DNA from: Octopus sinensis
Lineage: Eukaryota
Length of the DNA stretch: 51,224 nt
Assembly: GCF_006345805.1 (NCBI RefSeq)
Contig: NW_021834158.1
Coordinates: forward strand, 1-51,224
Direction of reading: 5' to 3'
Part shown: in pieces, positions 37,879 through 51,224 of the stretch
Layout: each line of letters begins with the position of its first letter
How positions within the stretch are numbered: the stretch's first letter is position 1
Translations under genes and position numbers: made by a program
The notes under the pieces: model-generated
Seen by the model: the letters and a program-made list of their open reading frames with translations, nothing else
Databases searched by the model: none
What the model was told of the DNA's origin: nothing

Positions 37879-38520
37879 ACATACATGAAACACACAAATG
37901 TGCTCATATACATACATACGTCATACATACATACATACATACATACATACATACATACATACACACACATACACACACACACATACATACATACATGCAT
38001 ACATACATACATACATACATACATAAATACATACATACATACATACACACACATACATATATACATATATACATACATACATACATACACGCATACATAC
38101 ATATATACACACACACACATACACACATACACACATACACACATACATACATACGTTCATACACACATACATACGTTCATACATACATACATACATACAT
38201 ACATACATACGTTCATACACACATACATACATACACACACATACACACACATACATACATACATACATACATACATAAATACATACATACATACATACAT
38301 ACACACATACATATATACACACACACATACACACATACACACATGCATACATACATACATATATACATACGTTCATACATACATACATACGTTCATACAT
38401 ACGTACGTACATACATACATACATACATACATACATACATACATAATACATACATACATACATACATACATACGTACATACATACATACGTACATACGTG
38501 GGTACGTATGTACGTACATG
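37879..38520. repeat. Long (ACAT)n microsatellite
   Basis: Direct inspection. Confidence 0.95.
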
Positions 38521-38526
38521 CAAATA

Positions 38527-38630
38527 TACCCTATTGTTAATGTTGAAATTCCAATGAAGGAACCTTGGAACAAGGTTAGAAACCGGCTTTTACTCTGTTA
38601 GCAGGAATTCTTGAAATTAAACTGAATGAC
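38527..38630 (+). mobile_element. (ACAT)n-associated short element, copy 3
   Basis: Same taccct 5' end and ctgaatgac-atacatac 3' end as copy 1. Confidence 0.8.
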
Positions 38631-38648
38631 ATACATACATGCATATTT

Positions 38649-38863
38649 GAGGGGGTGCTGAAAAGTTCCTGGCTTCAAAGATATCGGGAAAGGCCTGGCT
38701 GGAGTACCAGCCTTCGGAGTTCTTTTAACAGGGTTTAGAAAAACAGCAGGACTGTTGCAATCAATGTGTGAATCTGAGAGGGGAATATTTTAAATATATT
38801 CATAATTAACTGAACCTCCTGTAATTTCTTTTACCTAAAGTCAGGAACTCTTCAGCAACTCTT

Positions 38864-38864
<1 letters not shown>
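38649..38864 (+). mobile_element. Mariner-derived MITE
   Basis: TIRs gagggggtgctgaaaagttcctggctt / aagtcaggaactcttcagcaactcttc; internal remnant reads CNQCVNLRGEYF, like the mariner C-terminal KCV..xGxYxE. Confidence 0.7.
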
Positions 38865-38939
<75 letters not shown>

Positions 38940-40036
38940 AATGTTCTCATGCATAAAAACAATTTAACATTTAACAGAGGAATTACTCAATAAAATTTCA
39001 TGTTTATCAACGTTTTACTAGGGAAAGGTTTGACAACGACTTTGATATTTCGGTTACCTTGCCTTCGCCCCTCTCTTTCTGTCTCCCTCTCTCATTGTAT
39101 CTCTGTGCCGCGATCTCTTTCTGGCTATATATATATATATATATATATATAAATTCATACATACATATACAAGCATGCATGCAAATACAAAAATAAACTC
39201 AGAAAGTAAATTTAAAAAATGTAAATAATAAAGAAAAACATATATATATATAAAAACTGTACACGAATTTCTTCTGAATAACACGTTAGGAGAAAATATA
39301 AAGAAAGGAACTGTTTTTTTTTTATATAATTATATTTATTATTGTCATCATTGATTTTCATTTTTAAATTTTGAATTTTTTGTACTTTTTTGTGAAGATG
39401 CTTTACCTTAAAAAAAAAACAATTTTTGAATTTAATAGATTTCTTGAACATAAAGTTTGACAAAATAAAATTCCTGATGTAAGAGAAAAACTATTTAAAA
39501 CAAATATCGTCGCAGTTTCCCTTAATTAATTAAGTAATAAATTACAAGGGAAATATAATTAGCTGTGACAATTATTGTGTTTACGAAGAAACAACTGAGG
39601 ATAAAATAGAATTAAACAATACAGAATTGTTGTTCCGCTCTTTTATTTATAATTTTTTATACGTTTTGGGTGTTTTTTTTTTTTCTTTTCTCACCGACAT
39701 GTGAGAAAGATTTAATTTTCATAAGAAATATAATACTTTTTATTAAAACTTCTCACCCTGAATGATTGAATATTAAATTAAAGATTATACAACACACACA
39801 GATACATAAATACACGCACACATACACAAATACGTATATACATATATACAGATACACGCATACATATATTCATACACATGTATATATTCGTGTATATATA
39901 TATATATATATATATATGAAGGTGTATTCATAAAATTATTTGACTCTGTGTATGTGTGAGTGTTAAGCGGATTTGGTCATATATATGAATGTGTAAATAC
40001 GTACCCTATACATACATACATGTATATATATATAAT

Positions 40037-40072
<36 letters not shown>

Positions 40073-40763
40073 GGAAATATATATACATATATATATGTGT
40101 GTGTATATATATATATATATCCATATACACAGACGTACATACTTTCTAGCATACACACAAGCATATAAACTTATATACCTACGTGTGTATACACACACAC
40201 ACACACACTCACACACACACACACACACACACACAACACACACACACACACAGAGTCTATAAAGCAGAACGTTAAACATACTGCGTTAATATTGAATTAG
40301 CAAAACTGAATGAGTCAACAACGAGGAAACGCCATTTTAATTTTCAAATGTAATTTAAGAAAATCCTATAAACAAATATATTTTCATGTCTAGAAGTAAA
40401 ACTACTGAAACAGGAAAAGAAGACAGTATGAGTAACTGCAAAACAATGTATTTTGATGCTGTTTTGCTTGGTTTCGTTATATGATTGTGGCCATGCTGAT
40501 GTCCTTCTTTCACTCGTTACCTTGTCATACCGACCAGAATTCTAGTTTTACTGAGCTTTTAATACAAAGCTTTTGACAGCCCACCGCTTTTAAAATGGCG
40601 TAGATAGGTTTTTATTCGTTTGTTCTGGAAGAAGTGTCTTTGTCGATGCTTTCTTCAAGTCCTACGAAACGAGAAAGGTCTATGCGGTTTACGTTACTCC
40701 GGAAGATTTGAAACTCTTCGGTTACACAAGAACCACATGGGGGAGACATTGCTGTAATGCTAA

Positions 40764-40990
40764 GGCGGCGAGCTGCAGAAACGTTAGCACGCCGGGCGAA
40801 ATGCGTAGCTGTATTTCGTCTGTCGTTACGTTCTGAGTTCAAATACCGCCGAGGTCGACTTTGCCTTTCATCCTTTCGGGGTCGATAAATTAAGAACCAG
40901 TTACGTACTGGGGTCGATATAATCGACTCAATCCGTTTGTCTGTCCTTGTTTGTCCCCTCTGTGTTTAAATCCTTGTGGGTAGTAAAGAA
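40764..40990 (+). mobile_element. SINE family B with ~16-bp TSD
   Basis: TSD att(gct/acc)gtaatgctaa at 40748-40763 and 40991-41006. Confidence 0.9.
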
Positions 40991-41059
40991 ATTACCGTAA
41001 TGCTAACTTTCTGGTGTGGTAGCAACTGTACCTAATAGGCATAGAAATCATTCTATAGG

Positions 41060-41270
41060 CACACTATAGGCACAAGTCCTGACATATTAGGGTGAGGGGG
41101 GAAAGGGACTAATCGATTATATGGACTTCAGTGCTTGACTGATAAATCTATTACCGACCCCGAAACGGTGAAAAGCAAAGTCGAGCACGGCGGAATTTGA
41201 ACTCAGAATGTAAAGACGGAGAAATTGCTGCTATGCATTTCGTCTTAACGATTCTGCCTGCTCGCTGCAT
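41060..41270 (-). mobile_element. SINE family B, diverged
   Basis: gaccccgaaa...aaagtcga...ggcggaatttgaactcagaa motifs. Confidence 0.65.
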
Positions 41271-41274
41271 TTCA

Positions 41275-41655
41275 TTTCTTTTCTACTCAAGGCCACAAGG
41301 CCCGAAATTTTCTGGGACGTGGGGGGGGGCAGTCAATTAGTTCGATCCCTGTACGCAAGTGATACTTAATTTATCGACCCCGAAAGAATGAAAAGCAAAG
41401 TCGACCTCGGCGGAATTTGAACTCAGAACGTAGCAGCAGACGAAAAACCTATTTCTTTACTACCCACAAGGGACCAAACACAGAGAGGACTAACAAGGAC
41501 AGACAACGGATTAAGTCGATTACATCGACCCCAGTGCGTAACTGGTACTTATTTAATCGACCCCGAAAGGATGAAAGGCAAAGTGGACCTCGGCGGAATT
41601 TGAAGTCAGAACGCATTTCGCCCCGCGTGCTTACGTTTCTGCCAGCTCGCCGCCT
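41275..41655 (-). mobile_element. SINE family B, composite (two units)
   Basis: First unit ends gtaaagaaata, then restarts ggtttttcgtctg at 41449 with the alternative tail. Confidence 0.85.
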
Positions 41656-41759
41656 TCGGCATAGTAATTATTTCTGGTGTGGAGACGCAATATGGTTGAT
41701 GAGAGCAGAATCGAATGTGTAAAGAAAACCTGAATGGAGATATTAATCGGTTAGCCCAA

Positions 41760-42400
41760 CTCAGAATAGTTACGATTACTGCAATAATGGTATTTAGGAG
41801 TGCGAGAGCACGTAAGTCGTCTGCGGGTCATATACTGGAATACCTCAACGCCTGGTTCCATGCCAATCATTTTAAAGGCCTTCTTTGAGAAATAGCTTAG
41901 AATGTCAGAGAATGCTACATCTACAATATGCTAGCTGTGGAAGCTGTAGTTCGTTCGCTTTGCTGTTTGTTACTCGATGTTGAGGAAAAAATGGATTCCC
42001 AGACTCTGAAGAGAAAGGCCAATATTTGTTGCACAGTTTTTGATTATGTTTAGAATGTTAGTGACCAGGGTGGATCTTCAATGATGGCGAGCCGCAGTAT
42101 TTGTGGCAGTTTTCAAGGTTCCACTTGTGTGGGATTCAGGTTTAGAAAGTTGTCATATCGATTTTACTGATATGTTTAGTAGAAGTATGAATTTGAAGGA
42201 GACAAGATTATCCTCATAACCGGGTTGGAAGATGCTTTCAAGGTCTCCGTTCACACGGTTCGTACGAAGTGTGGAATCCACAAAGAAATGCGTGTATCAA
42301 GAAGATGTGTCATGAAGAGAGGAGTAAAAGTGTTGTTGATAAGAGAGGAGAAACCACTTTGGACAGAAGGCCGAAAGTAGTGGCGCATCAAATATCATAG
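41760..42400 (-). pseudogene. Decayed CR1/L2/Jockey-group RT fragment
   Basis: Reverse complement reads HFFVDSTL...DLESIFQ..DNLVSF (cf. FADDSTL...DLxSIxxWxxxNLVSFN); heavily disrupted. Confidence 0.55.
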
Positions 42401-42744
42401 AGCATGGATTAGAGTGAAAGAGAGAGAGATAGGGGGGAGAGAGAGGACAGATAAACACAGAAAGCGCCATTAGCACTTGTTATGAAAGAGCGATGTAACC
42501 GAAGTCTCCGATGAAGGAGGCGAGAGACGGATATAGCGGAAAGGCGTAAAATATGAGGGGCCATTGTGCCAAACATGCTCGAAAGACTTATGTGTATGAT
42601 GAGTAACAACAATGACCTCATCAGGTTTATTGACAGCTGTTGTCCAGTTGTGAATCAAGTACACACAAACACGCACATACACACACACATGCACAGGCAC
42701 ACCTACAAACACACACACACACGCACACACACACACACTCAAAA

Positions 42745-43010
42745 TAGACTTCTTTCAGTTTCCGACTACCAAATCCTAATACAGACGGCTTTTGTTGGCC
42801 CGGGGCATTTGTAGAAGACACTCGACCAAGAGGTCACGCAGTGGAACTGAAACTGGAAACATGTGGTAAATGTATATGCATAAATATAAATATCCATACA
42901 ATACGACGGGCTTCTTCCAGTTTTCGGTTGACGAAATCTACTCACGAGGCTTTGGTCGGTTCGGAGTTATACAAAAAGATAGCAAATAGCTTGGCAGTGG
43001 AACTGAACAG
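42745..43010 (-). mobile_element. Two diverged SINE family A 5' fragments
   Basis: ttctttcagtttccg...ccaaatcc...tagaagacac...cacgcagtggaactgaa motifs occur twice. Confidence 0.6.
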
Positions 43011-43049
43011 GAAATTTGTTTAGGACAGACATGGCAGCGCTTGCGTATG

Positions 43050-43750
43050 AATGCATGTATGTGTATGTATGCATGTACGTATGTATGTATGTATGTATGT
43101 ATGCATGTATGTATGTGTGTATGTATGTATGTATGCATGTATGTATGTGTATGTATGTATGTATGTATGTATGTATGTCTGTATTTATGTATTATGTATG
43201 TATGTATGTAATGTGTGTATGTATGTATGTATGTATGTATGTATGTTATGTATGTGTGTATGTATGTATGTATGTATGTGTATTGTATGTATGTAGTATG
43301 TATGTATGTTGTATATGTATGTTGCATGTACGTATGTATGTATGTAGGTATGTATGTATGTATGTATGTGCGTATGTATGTATGTATGTATGTATGTATG
43401 TATGTATGTGTTGTATGTATGTATGTATGTATGTATGGTACGGTATGTATGTATGTATGTATGTATGTATGTTATGCATTATATATGTATGTATGTATGC
43501 ATGTACGTATGTATGTATGTAGGTATGTTAAGTATGTATGTATGTACGTATGTATGTACGTATGTCTGTTGTATGGTTGTATGTATGTATGTATGTATGT
43601 AATGTAGTATGTATGTAATGTATGTATGTATGTACTTAATGTATGTACGTAGTATGTTATGTATGTATGTATGTATGTATGTATGTATGGATGTATGTAT
43701 GTGTGGTGAATGTATGTATGTATGTATGTATAGGATATGTGTGTGTATGT
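43050..43750. repeat. Long (TATG)n microsatellite
   Basis: Direct inspection. Confidence 0.95.
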
Positions 43751-43897
43751 GGTTTATTTATTCATACATACATATATACATTATAGGGATTATATGAAAT
43801 AGAGTTAACACTCATATATACACATACACACAGAAAACTCCCACACATACACATAATCAGACATTGTGGAATATATATATGTACATATTTTATGTAC

Positions 43898-43935
<38 letters not shown>

Positions 43936-43936
43936 A

Positions 43937-44269
43937 GGCGCGTGGCTCAGTGGTTAGAGCGTCGAGCTTACGATCGTGAGGTTGTGAGCTCGAATCCCGG
44001 TCCGGCTGCGTGTTGTGTTCTTGAGCAAAGCACTTTATTTCACGTTGCTCCAGTTCACTCAGCTGTAGAAATGAGTTGCGACGTCACAGGTGCCAAGCTG
44101 TATCGACCTTTGTCTTTCCCTTGGATAACATCGGTGGCGTGGAGAGGGGAGGCCGGTATGCATGGGCGACTGCTGGTCTTCCATAAACAACCTTGCCCGG
44201 ACTTGTGTCTAGGAGGGTAACTTTCTAGGTGCAATCCCATGGTCATTGATGACCGAAGTGGGTCTTTAC

Positions 44270-44270
<1 letters not shown>
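43937..44270 (+). mobile_element. SINE family C
   Basis: A box gtggctcagtggttag, B box agctcgaatcc, CORE-like region; matches 19850-20180; inserted in (TA)n. Confidence 0.9.
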
Positions 44271-44333
<63 letters not shown>

Positions 44334-44334
44334 G

Positions 44335-44382
<48 letters not shown>

Positions 44383-44514
44383 TAATACTAAGAATATATA
44401 GCAACGAATTGCCTTACACATACCGAATTTAGAAATAGCATATTAGCTATTTCTTCTATATATATAATATATATTATACCAATCTATATATAATATATAT
44501 ATATACATATATAC

Positions 44515-44637
44515 CAAAATATCACAAAAAACTGCTACTCAGAGTTTCACGTTCCCGTTTGTCAGGCACTTGTAATCACAACTGCCCGACGAACGGGAAC
44601 GTGAAACTCGGAGTAGCAGATTTTTGTGATGTTTTTG
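44515..44637. mobile_element. Small fold-back element consisting of two opposed hammerhead motifs
   Basis: Arms 44521-44573 and 44578-44630 (5 mismatches in 53 bp), 4-nt loop; AATAAA shortly downstream of the right arm. Confidence 0.8.
44582..44619 (+). ncRNA. Type I hammerhead motif (U4C variant; opposite-strand copy has G8A)
   Basis: ctgc CCGACGA ACG-ggaa-CGT GAAAC TCGGA GTA gcag; consensus of the two arms gives canonical CTGACGA. Confidence 0.7.
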
Positions 44638-44899
44638 CAGCTTTAATAATAAAGTATACACACACACAGGCACTAATGTATACATATGTATGTGTGCGTG
44701 TGTGTGTGTGTATGTGTGTGTGTGTGTGTGTGTGTGCGTGTGCGTGTAATATTTTTGACAAATGGTTATCTGTCGATTATTGTGTTAAAGTGTTGAGTAA
44801 AGCACTTGCACGGTTTGGGCTATCTGGTGTTATCCGTAGTTGGGGGATATTTATGTTGGATTTACTTCAGTAATTCAGCAGTGTTATTTGAAATGATAA

Positions 44900-45156
44900 T
44901 AATTAATCAAAGATGGATTTGGTATTAGTCTTTATTCTGCACTACGATCGTTTCGACCCATCCTACTGCTGTCCCTTTCGGATGGGGCTCCGTGCATCAT
45001 GTTGTGCTACATCCATTTTGCAAATCCCAGTCTGCAAACTGGATGCAACACAACATGATGCACGGAGTCCCACTTATAAGGGACAGTAGCAGGATGGGTC
45101 GAAACGATCGTAGTGCAGAATAAAGATTAATACCAAAAACATCTTCCGTTTAATTA
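44900..45156. mobile_element. Fold-back element with a core-deleted hammerhead skeleton
   Basis: Core arms 44919-45022 and 45033-45136 (12 differences in 104 bp); each contains GAAACGATCGTA and AATAAA. Confidence 0.75.
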
Positions 45157-45162
45157 ATCAGT

Positions 45163-45241
<79 letters not shown>

Positions 45242-45480
45242 ACTCACGCACACAAAAACACACATAAGGCACTTATAGAATATAAGAAAAAGAAAACGGA
45301 ATTCAAGGACCTCTTTATTTATTAGCTGCGATCGCTTCCATCCATTGCTGCCTCGCGGGTGAGATGCAACACAACAGTTGTGTTGCATCATACGTGCATA
45401 TTACATCGTGTAAAAACAAATTTAAAATTGTACACAAACACACACACACATAAATGTCTACACACACACATGTATATATC

Positions 45481-45851
45481 GTGGCACTCTTTTCGGTTAT
45501 GACGACGAGGGTTCCAGTTGATCCGATCAACGGAACAGCCTGCTTGTGAAATTAACGTGCAAGTGGCTGATCCCTCCACAGACACGTGTGCCCTTGATGT
45601 AGTGCTTGGGGGAGATTCAGCGTGACACAGAGTGAGACAAGACTGGCCCCTTTGAAATACAGGTACAACAGAAACAGGAAGAAAGAGTGAGAGAGAAAGT
45701 TGTATTAAAAGAGTACAGCAGGGTTCGCCACCCCTGCCGCAGCCTTGGGGAGCCTTAAGTGTTTTCGCTCAATATACACTCACAATGCTCAGTCTGGGAA
45801 TCGAAACCGCTATCCAATGACCGCTGCCCTAACCACTGGGCCATTGCGCCT
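45481..45851 (-). mobile_element. Chimeric SINE: family E head with family D tail
   Basis: Head matches 26944 onward; 3' half matches 2325-2500 (cagccacttgcacgttaatttcac...cctcgtcgtc). Confidence 0.8.
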
Positions 45852-45879
45852 ACACGTATATAGACATATGTATGTATAT

Positions 45880-46155
45880 GTCACGTGATCACGTGACCGA
45901 CCAGTCCATCAGATGTAGTTACACATCAGATGTAGTTACACGTTCGCATTGTTTTAGCCTTCGAATGACGAGCAGGCCAACAGAAGAAAGAGTGGTGAAA
46001 GAGTACAGCAGGTATCACCCCCCCCCCTTGCCGGAGCCTCGAGGAGCTTTTTAGGTGTTTTCGCTCAATAAACACTCACAACGCCCGACCTGGGAATCGA
46101 AGCCGCAATCCTACGACCGCGAGTCCGCTGCCATAACGACTGGGCCATTGCGCCT
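45880..46155 (-). mobile_element. SINE family E
   Basis: Matches 26944-27209 including the ggtcggtcacgtgatcacgtga tail. Confidence 0.85.
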
Positions 46156-47078
46156 ACACATATATATATGTATAAATGTAAATATATACATGTGTGTCTG
46201 TGTGTTTGTGTCTGTTTGTTTGTGTTCGTGTGGTGTGTGTGTGTGGTGTGTGTGTGAGTGAGTGTGTACATATACATACACACGCGCATAAATTATTTTA
46301 TATACTCCGTTCTTCTGATGAGACAACCAGTTTTGTGTATGGGAAGCATATACTGTAGTTATCGTTAGTACTAGCTTTCCGTATTCTCTGCCAAACTCTT
46401 CAGCAATTATCTCAGCATTGGAAAATTGATTTAATTAACACCTTTTATTAATTATTGTTTATTATTTTACAGGAAAACTTTGCAACGGAGAGAGAATTGT
46501 GATGGCCGCCAGGCGTCAGGCGAAAGGTCATCTGTGATATAAACAGTGGAAATGGAAGATGCTGGGTAGGTGGAGATAAAATAGTGCTCTTGTAGGGGTG
46601 GGGCTCAGATTGCTTAATACGGAAGCGGGGAAGCGGTGGTGGTGTTGTTGTTGGTGGTGGTGCTGTTCGTGATATTATGTTGTTGCTGGCGGTGATGGTG
46701 ATGGTAGTGGTGATGGTGGTGGTGGTGGTGGTGGTGGTGATGTGGTGGTAGTGGTGATAGTGGTGGTGGTGATGGTGGTGGTGGTGGTGATGGTAGTAGT
46801 GATAGTGACAGTGTTGGAGATGGTGGGTGTTTAAGGAGTGGAAGTTTAGAGATAGTGCGAGATATGTCAGGGTGTAAATTGTCTGATGACGAAAGATAAT
46901 AACAATTGTCACATTAAATGCGGAAGATTCTTGATCAAAAATGATTGGCTCGTCTTATATGAAGCACATTGAACTCATCATTCTCCCTTTTTCCTCTTCT
47001 CAAGCACGTGTATGCACACACACACACGGACAGACACACATATATATATACCTATATATTTGTTTAGATATATGTGTT

Positions 47079-47109
<31 letters not shown>

Positions 47110-47489
47110 GCACACACACGCCCAGTCACTCACATGTACACTCACTCACACACACATACACACACAGATATGACAGTGTAGGATTTGTCCGGTATACCGG
47201 ACCAGTGTCTGGAAATTCATAGATTCATAGATTCATAGAAAGGTCTTGTGAATTTCTAATGGGAAAAATTGATATATTTTTTTAATGTTGTACATATAAA
47301 CACATAATATACATATACATACGTACGTGTGTGTGTATGTATGTATGTGTGTGTGTGTGTGTGTGCGTGTGTGTGCGTGTGGTGTGTGTGTGTGTGTGTA
47401 GATGAGAACGTACATAACACATATTTATCTATATGCGTGTATGTACGTATGCATGTATGTATAATGTATATATTGTATGTAATCATATA

Positions 47490-48100
47490 TGTTACCTCTT
47501 AGATCCCGCAGGCAGAACAACGGGCCACGATCCCTCTCCAAACACCCCCTATTTATAAGCTTTTCTCTTAGCTCCAGTCGGGTCAGCCCCTGTCGTCCCG
47601 GAACTTACTGTTCTACGTCTTCCTTTGTCTTCTTTCTGGTCATCTTTCTCCTTTCGGAATTCACTCCACCACGATAGTAGCACGTGTCTCCTACAGTAAT
47701 CGAGTCGCATGGCCAGTAAACTGTAACCGTTGCTTAGTCAGCGCTTCCTGCAATCTCCCGAATCTGTCCCCCATAAGAAATGACCTCGACTGAACGTAGA
47801 CAATATCAAGAGAAGGCGTCCAGCATTTGAGAGGCCTTCACCGTATTTTTTCGGGTTTCACAGGCGTAGATAATTGTTGGTATAATAGATGACTAGAGCT
47901 GCAGTTTCATCTTCTTATCAATGGCCCTCAGTCTCAATTCCCTATGAGGGTATTGGACTACTGAAATTGCCTTCTCTATGCTGGACTTTAACTTTAGCAT
48001 GAACATCGTTGGAAAGACAGCCTCTGAGATATATAAAATTTACGACGAACCGAATTTTGTCTTGTCCTAGATAGAGGAGTCGTATTTAGACTCAACCAGT
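47490..48100 (-). pseudogene. Decayed RTE-like LINE 3' fragment
   Basis: Reverse complement reads FVVNFIYL...MKLQL..IIPTIIYACET...MLDAF..CLR...QRLQFTGH, typical of the RTE post-RT region. Confidence 0.6.
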
Positions 48101-48499
48101 TAAAATGGCTTTAGTCTTTTAGACGCCAATCCACAAATTTACTTTCGCTCCCGAATTGTTCAGGCCATTTGTCATGGCCTGAAGCATATCTCTGTCAGAG
48201 TTTTGTAACGGAAAGTAATGTGCGAATTCCAACGCCACCCGTTTTTCTGGTCTTCGCGTTATTCCATAATTGGTGCTGATACATCGTTTTTCGCATTATA
48301 TATATATATATATATATACATATATAATATATATATATATATATATAATATATATATATAATATATATATATATATAATATATATATAATTATATATATC
48401 ACACCAACACACATATATACATCACACACATACACAGACACACAGACACACATATATTTAGATAATGTATACACACACATGCCACACACATATATATAT

Positions 48500-48720
48500 G
48501 TGTGTGTGTGTGTCTGTGTTTGTCCCCACCACTATCGCTTGACAACGGTTGTTGGTGTGTTTACGTGCCCGTCACCTAGCGCTTCAGCAAAAGAGACGGT
48601 TAGAATAAGTACTAGACTTACAAAGAATCAGTCCTGGGATCGATTTGCTCGACTAAAGGCGTAGCTCTAGCATGGCCACAGTTAAATGGCTGAAACAAAT
48701 AAAAGAATAAAAATAAAAGA
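48500..48720 (+). mobile_element. SINE family A, 3' half
   Basis: Post-microsatellite body and tail. Confidence 0.8.
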
Positions 48721-48725
48721 ATATA

Positions 48726-48763
48726 CAGATAGATAAAAAGATAGATAGATAGATAAATAAATT

Positions 48764-48814
<51 letters not shown>

Positions 48815-48827
48815 GGATAAATAAATT

Positions 48828-48877
<50 letters not shown>

Positions 48878-48904
48878 CAGACAGACACAGATAGATAGAT
48901 AAAT

Positions 48905-48951
<47 letters not shown>

Positions 48952-48987
48952 TATAGATAGATGGAGATGATAGATAGATAGATATCT

Positions 48988-49036
<49 letters not shown>

Positions 49037-49090
49037 TAGATAGATAGACCTGACTGACTGACTGACTGATAGATATAGATATAGATATTT
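48726..49090. repeat. (AGAT)n microsatellite
   Basis: Direct inspection. Confidence 0.95.
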
Positions 49091-50347
49091 GTAGATACAC
49101 ATATGTAGCAATTTCCATATCATACTTAAAGCAGACATATTCTTGAAAGCCTACTAAACTGTGGTACTCGTCTGGAGAAGGCATCTCTTCTACACGCATA
49201 GCTTAAGACAAAAGAAATTAAAGTGAAGAAATATATCAGCTGTCGACGAATATTACCCATTAATGTTTAGGCCATTGATAAATACGTATTTTTGCTTCTT
49301 TTAGCAAAATAAGTATTTTAGCTTCATTAGTAAGTAACCATTAGCAACGCATGCTAAGACAAATCTGGTTGTTAACTGATATCGTTAAACAATGACAGCA
49401 AAGTCTATGCTGTCGCTTTTAGCCAACACGATGAATAAGAATTTGTCGTCGATGAATTGTCGTCGTGAACTGAGTAAAATTTTCTTTAATTGTGAGAGTA
49501 AAGCTGCTATGATAAGCATAGTCTAACGTTTGATGGTGAAATAAGACATATTAATAAAACTTGGTAAATGGAGGTTAAACTCCACCAGTGGAGGGAACAA
49601 TATATTTAGAGTAGGTGGAAGACCTGTACAGGACATAAATGTGAAAATAAAAATGTAACAAAAAGATAAAATAGAAAAGAATGACTGAAAGGAAGCATCA
49701 ATGTGTCTGTGCATAAATGGTTTTAGTCGGGTGATGGTGAGGTTTTGCAGCTTCATAATAGATGCTTTTCAAATGGCTGCATTCTTCGAATAGCTTTGAT
49801 CCGGTGATTGAATAGAAGCGTTGTTTATGACGGTTTTCGATATTCACTTTTTCTCCGCTGTACTTAAGTCACACTTTATATTGCCAAATTGGCATCGTCA
49901 CGATCACTCCCGGACTTCTCATTTACTTCGGAATATAGAGAAGTCGAATTTCTCTGAAGAAATGACACATTGAATAACTGTGAGCAAAATATTCCATAAA
50001 ATAAGAGATTATCAGCACGGGAACATTGATTTTGATTATAGTTCTACTAAATCAAGTTTGAAAAGGGACTAAACAAAAGCAACAACAACAATACGCATGG
50101 TTGACTCAGGCTTGAACTCCTGACTGTGTAATTGGCAGTATATGTCCTTAACCACATAACTATCGAGTCTCATTATTTATCTTTCTTTATACCTATATGC
50201 AAATATAGATGCATGTTTATGCACATACATACATATGCATATATATATATATATATATACATATAGATAAGTAAAATATCTATATAAATATTTTGTGACA
50301 CACACACACGTATATATATATATATATGTTTTTGTGAGTAAGTATTA

Positions 50348-50391
<44 letters not shown>

Positions 50392-50863
50392 CTTTCACAT
50401 AAATATACATATTAATACTTATCCTCCCTCTCTCTCGCACACACACACAACTAAGTGTATGTATGTATATGAGCATGTGCTGGAGTGTGAGAGCAAAAGT
50501 GTGTGTATTCCTTTATTATTATATCCGTGACACAATGATAAATTCATATATTCACAAAAATAAAATTGTTTATTGAATTCTTTATCGAAAAACAAAAAAC
50601 CTACACATAAAAAAATAACAATATTACATTGCTATATAATATAAAAATCAACGTCAAGAACAATATCGTGATTTTAATATTATTTAATATTTTTTCAACT
50701 TATCAATAATGTTGTGATTTTATAGCCTCATTATATTTTATAGCTTTTCGGTTTGGAATCAGGAATCGTGCTGGAAATTGTGTCTTTGAGAGATCTGTAC
50801 TAAGAAATGGGTTGAATATGGTGTACATGTATATATATTATATATGCATATATATACATACAT

Positions 50864-50896
<33 letters not shown>

Positions 50897-50926
50897 GGTG
50901 TGTGTGTGTGTAGTATTTTTGTATAC

Positions 50927-50971
<45 letters not shown>

Positions 50972-51224
50972 TATGCACACATATACATATTATATTACGC
51001 ATATATATATATCTATATATATATATATGTATCGATATGTATTTATGGTCATATATGCATGTATACGTACGCATACATTAATATATTCAAATATTTATAG
51101 TCATTTGTATATGAATATTTATACATATATATATGTATTTCATGAGATATATTATATATACATGTATATAGACACACACATTATACAAGCATAATGTACA
51201 ATACATGTGAACATATATGGGTTA

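Noticed and set aside
46315-46325. CTGATGAG motif
   Set aside because: No stem II or GAAA partner nearby.

Overview
Eukaryotic, AT-rich, microsatellite-saturated DNA with no recognisable host protein-coding gene. The SINE families and repeat landscape suggest an octopus/coleoid cephalopod genome, which is an inference from pattern recognition only. The one long ORF (minus strand, 12348-16052) belongs to an apparently intact R4/Dong-clade non-LTR retrotransposon (RT + CCHC + restriction-like endonuclease) inserted in a (TAA)n microsatellite, next to a 5'-truncated relative. The rest is about 25 tRNA-derived SINE copies from several module-sharing families, decayed RTE/BovB and CR1-like LINEs, hAT/Tigger/mariner MITEs, Helitron remnants and simple repeats. 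The most notable signal is a set of small non-coding elements, mostly fold-back palindromes next to microsatellites, that carry minimal type-I hammerhead ribozyme motifs, some on both strands (8.1-8.6, 26.8, 28.9, 44.5 kb; a core-deleted one at 45.0 kb). They are probably Penelope-like pLTR derivatives or retrozyme-like elements. Most short ORFs in the supplied track are microsatellite or SINE translations.
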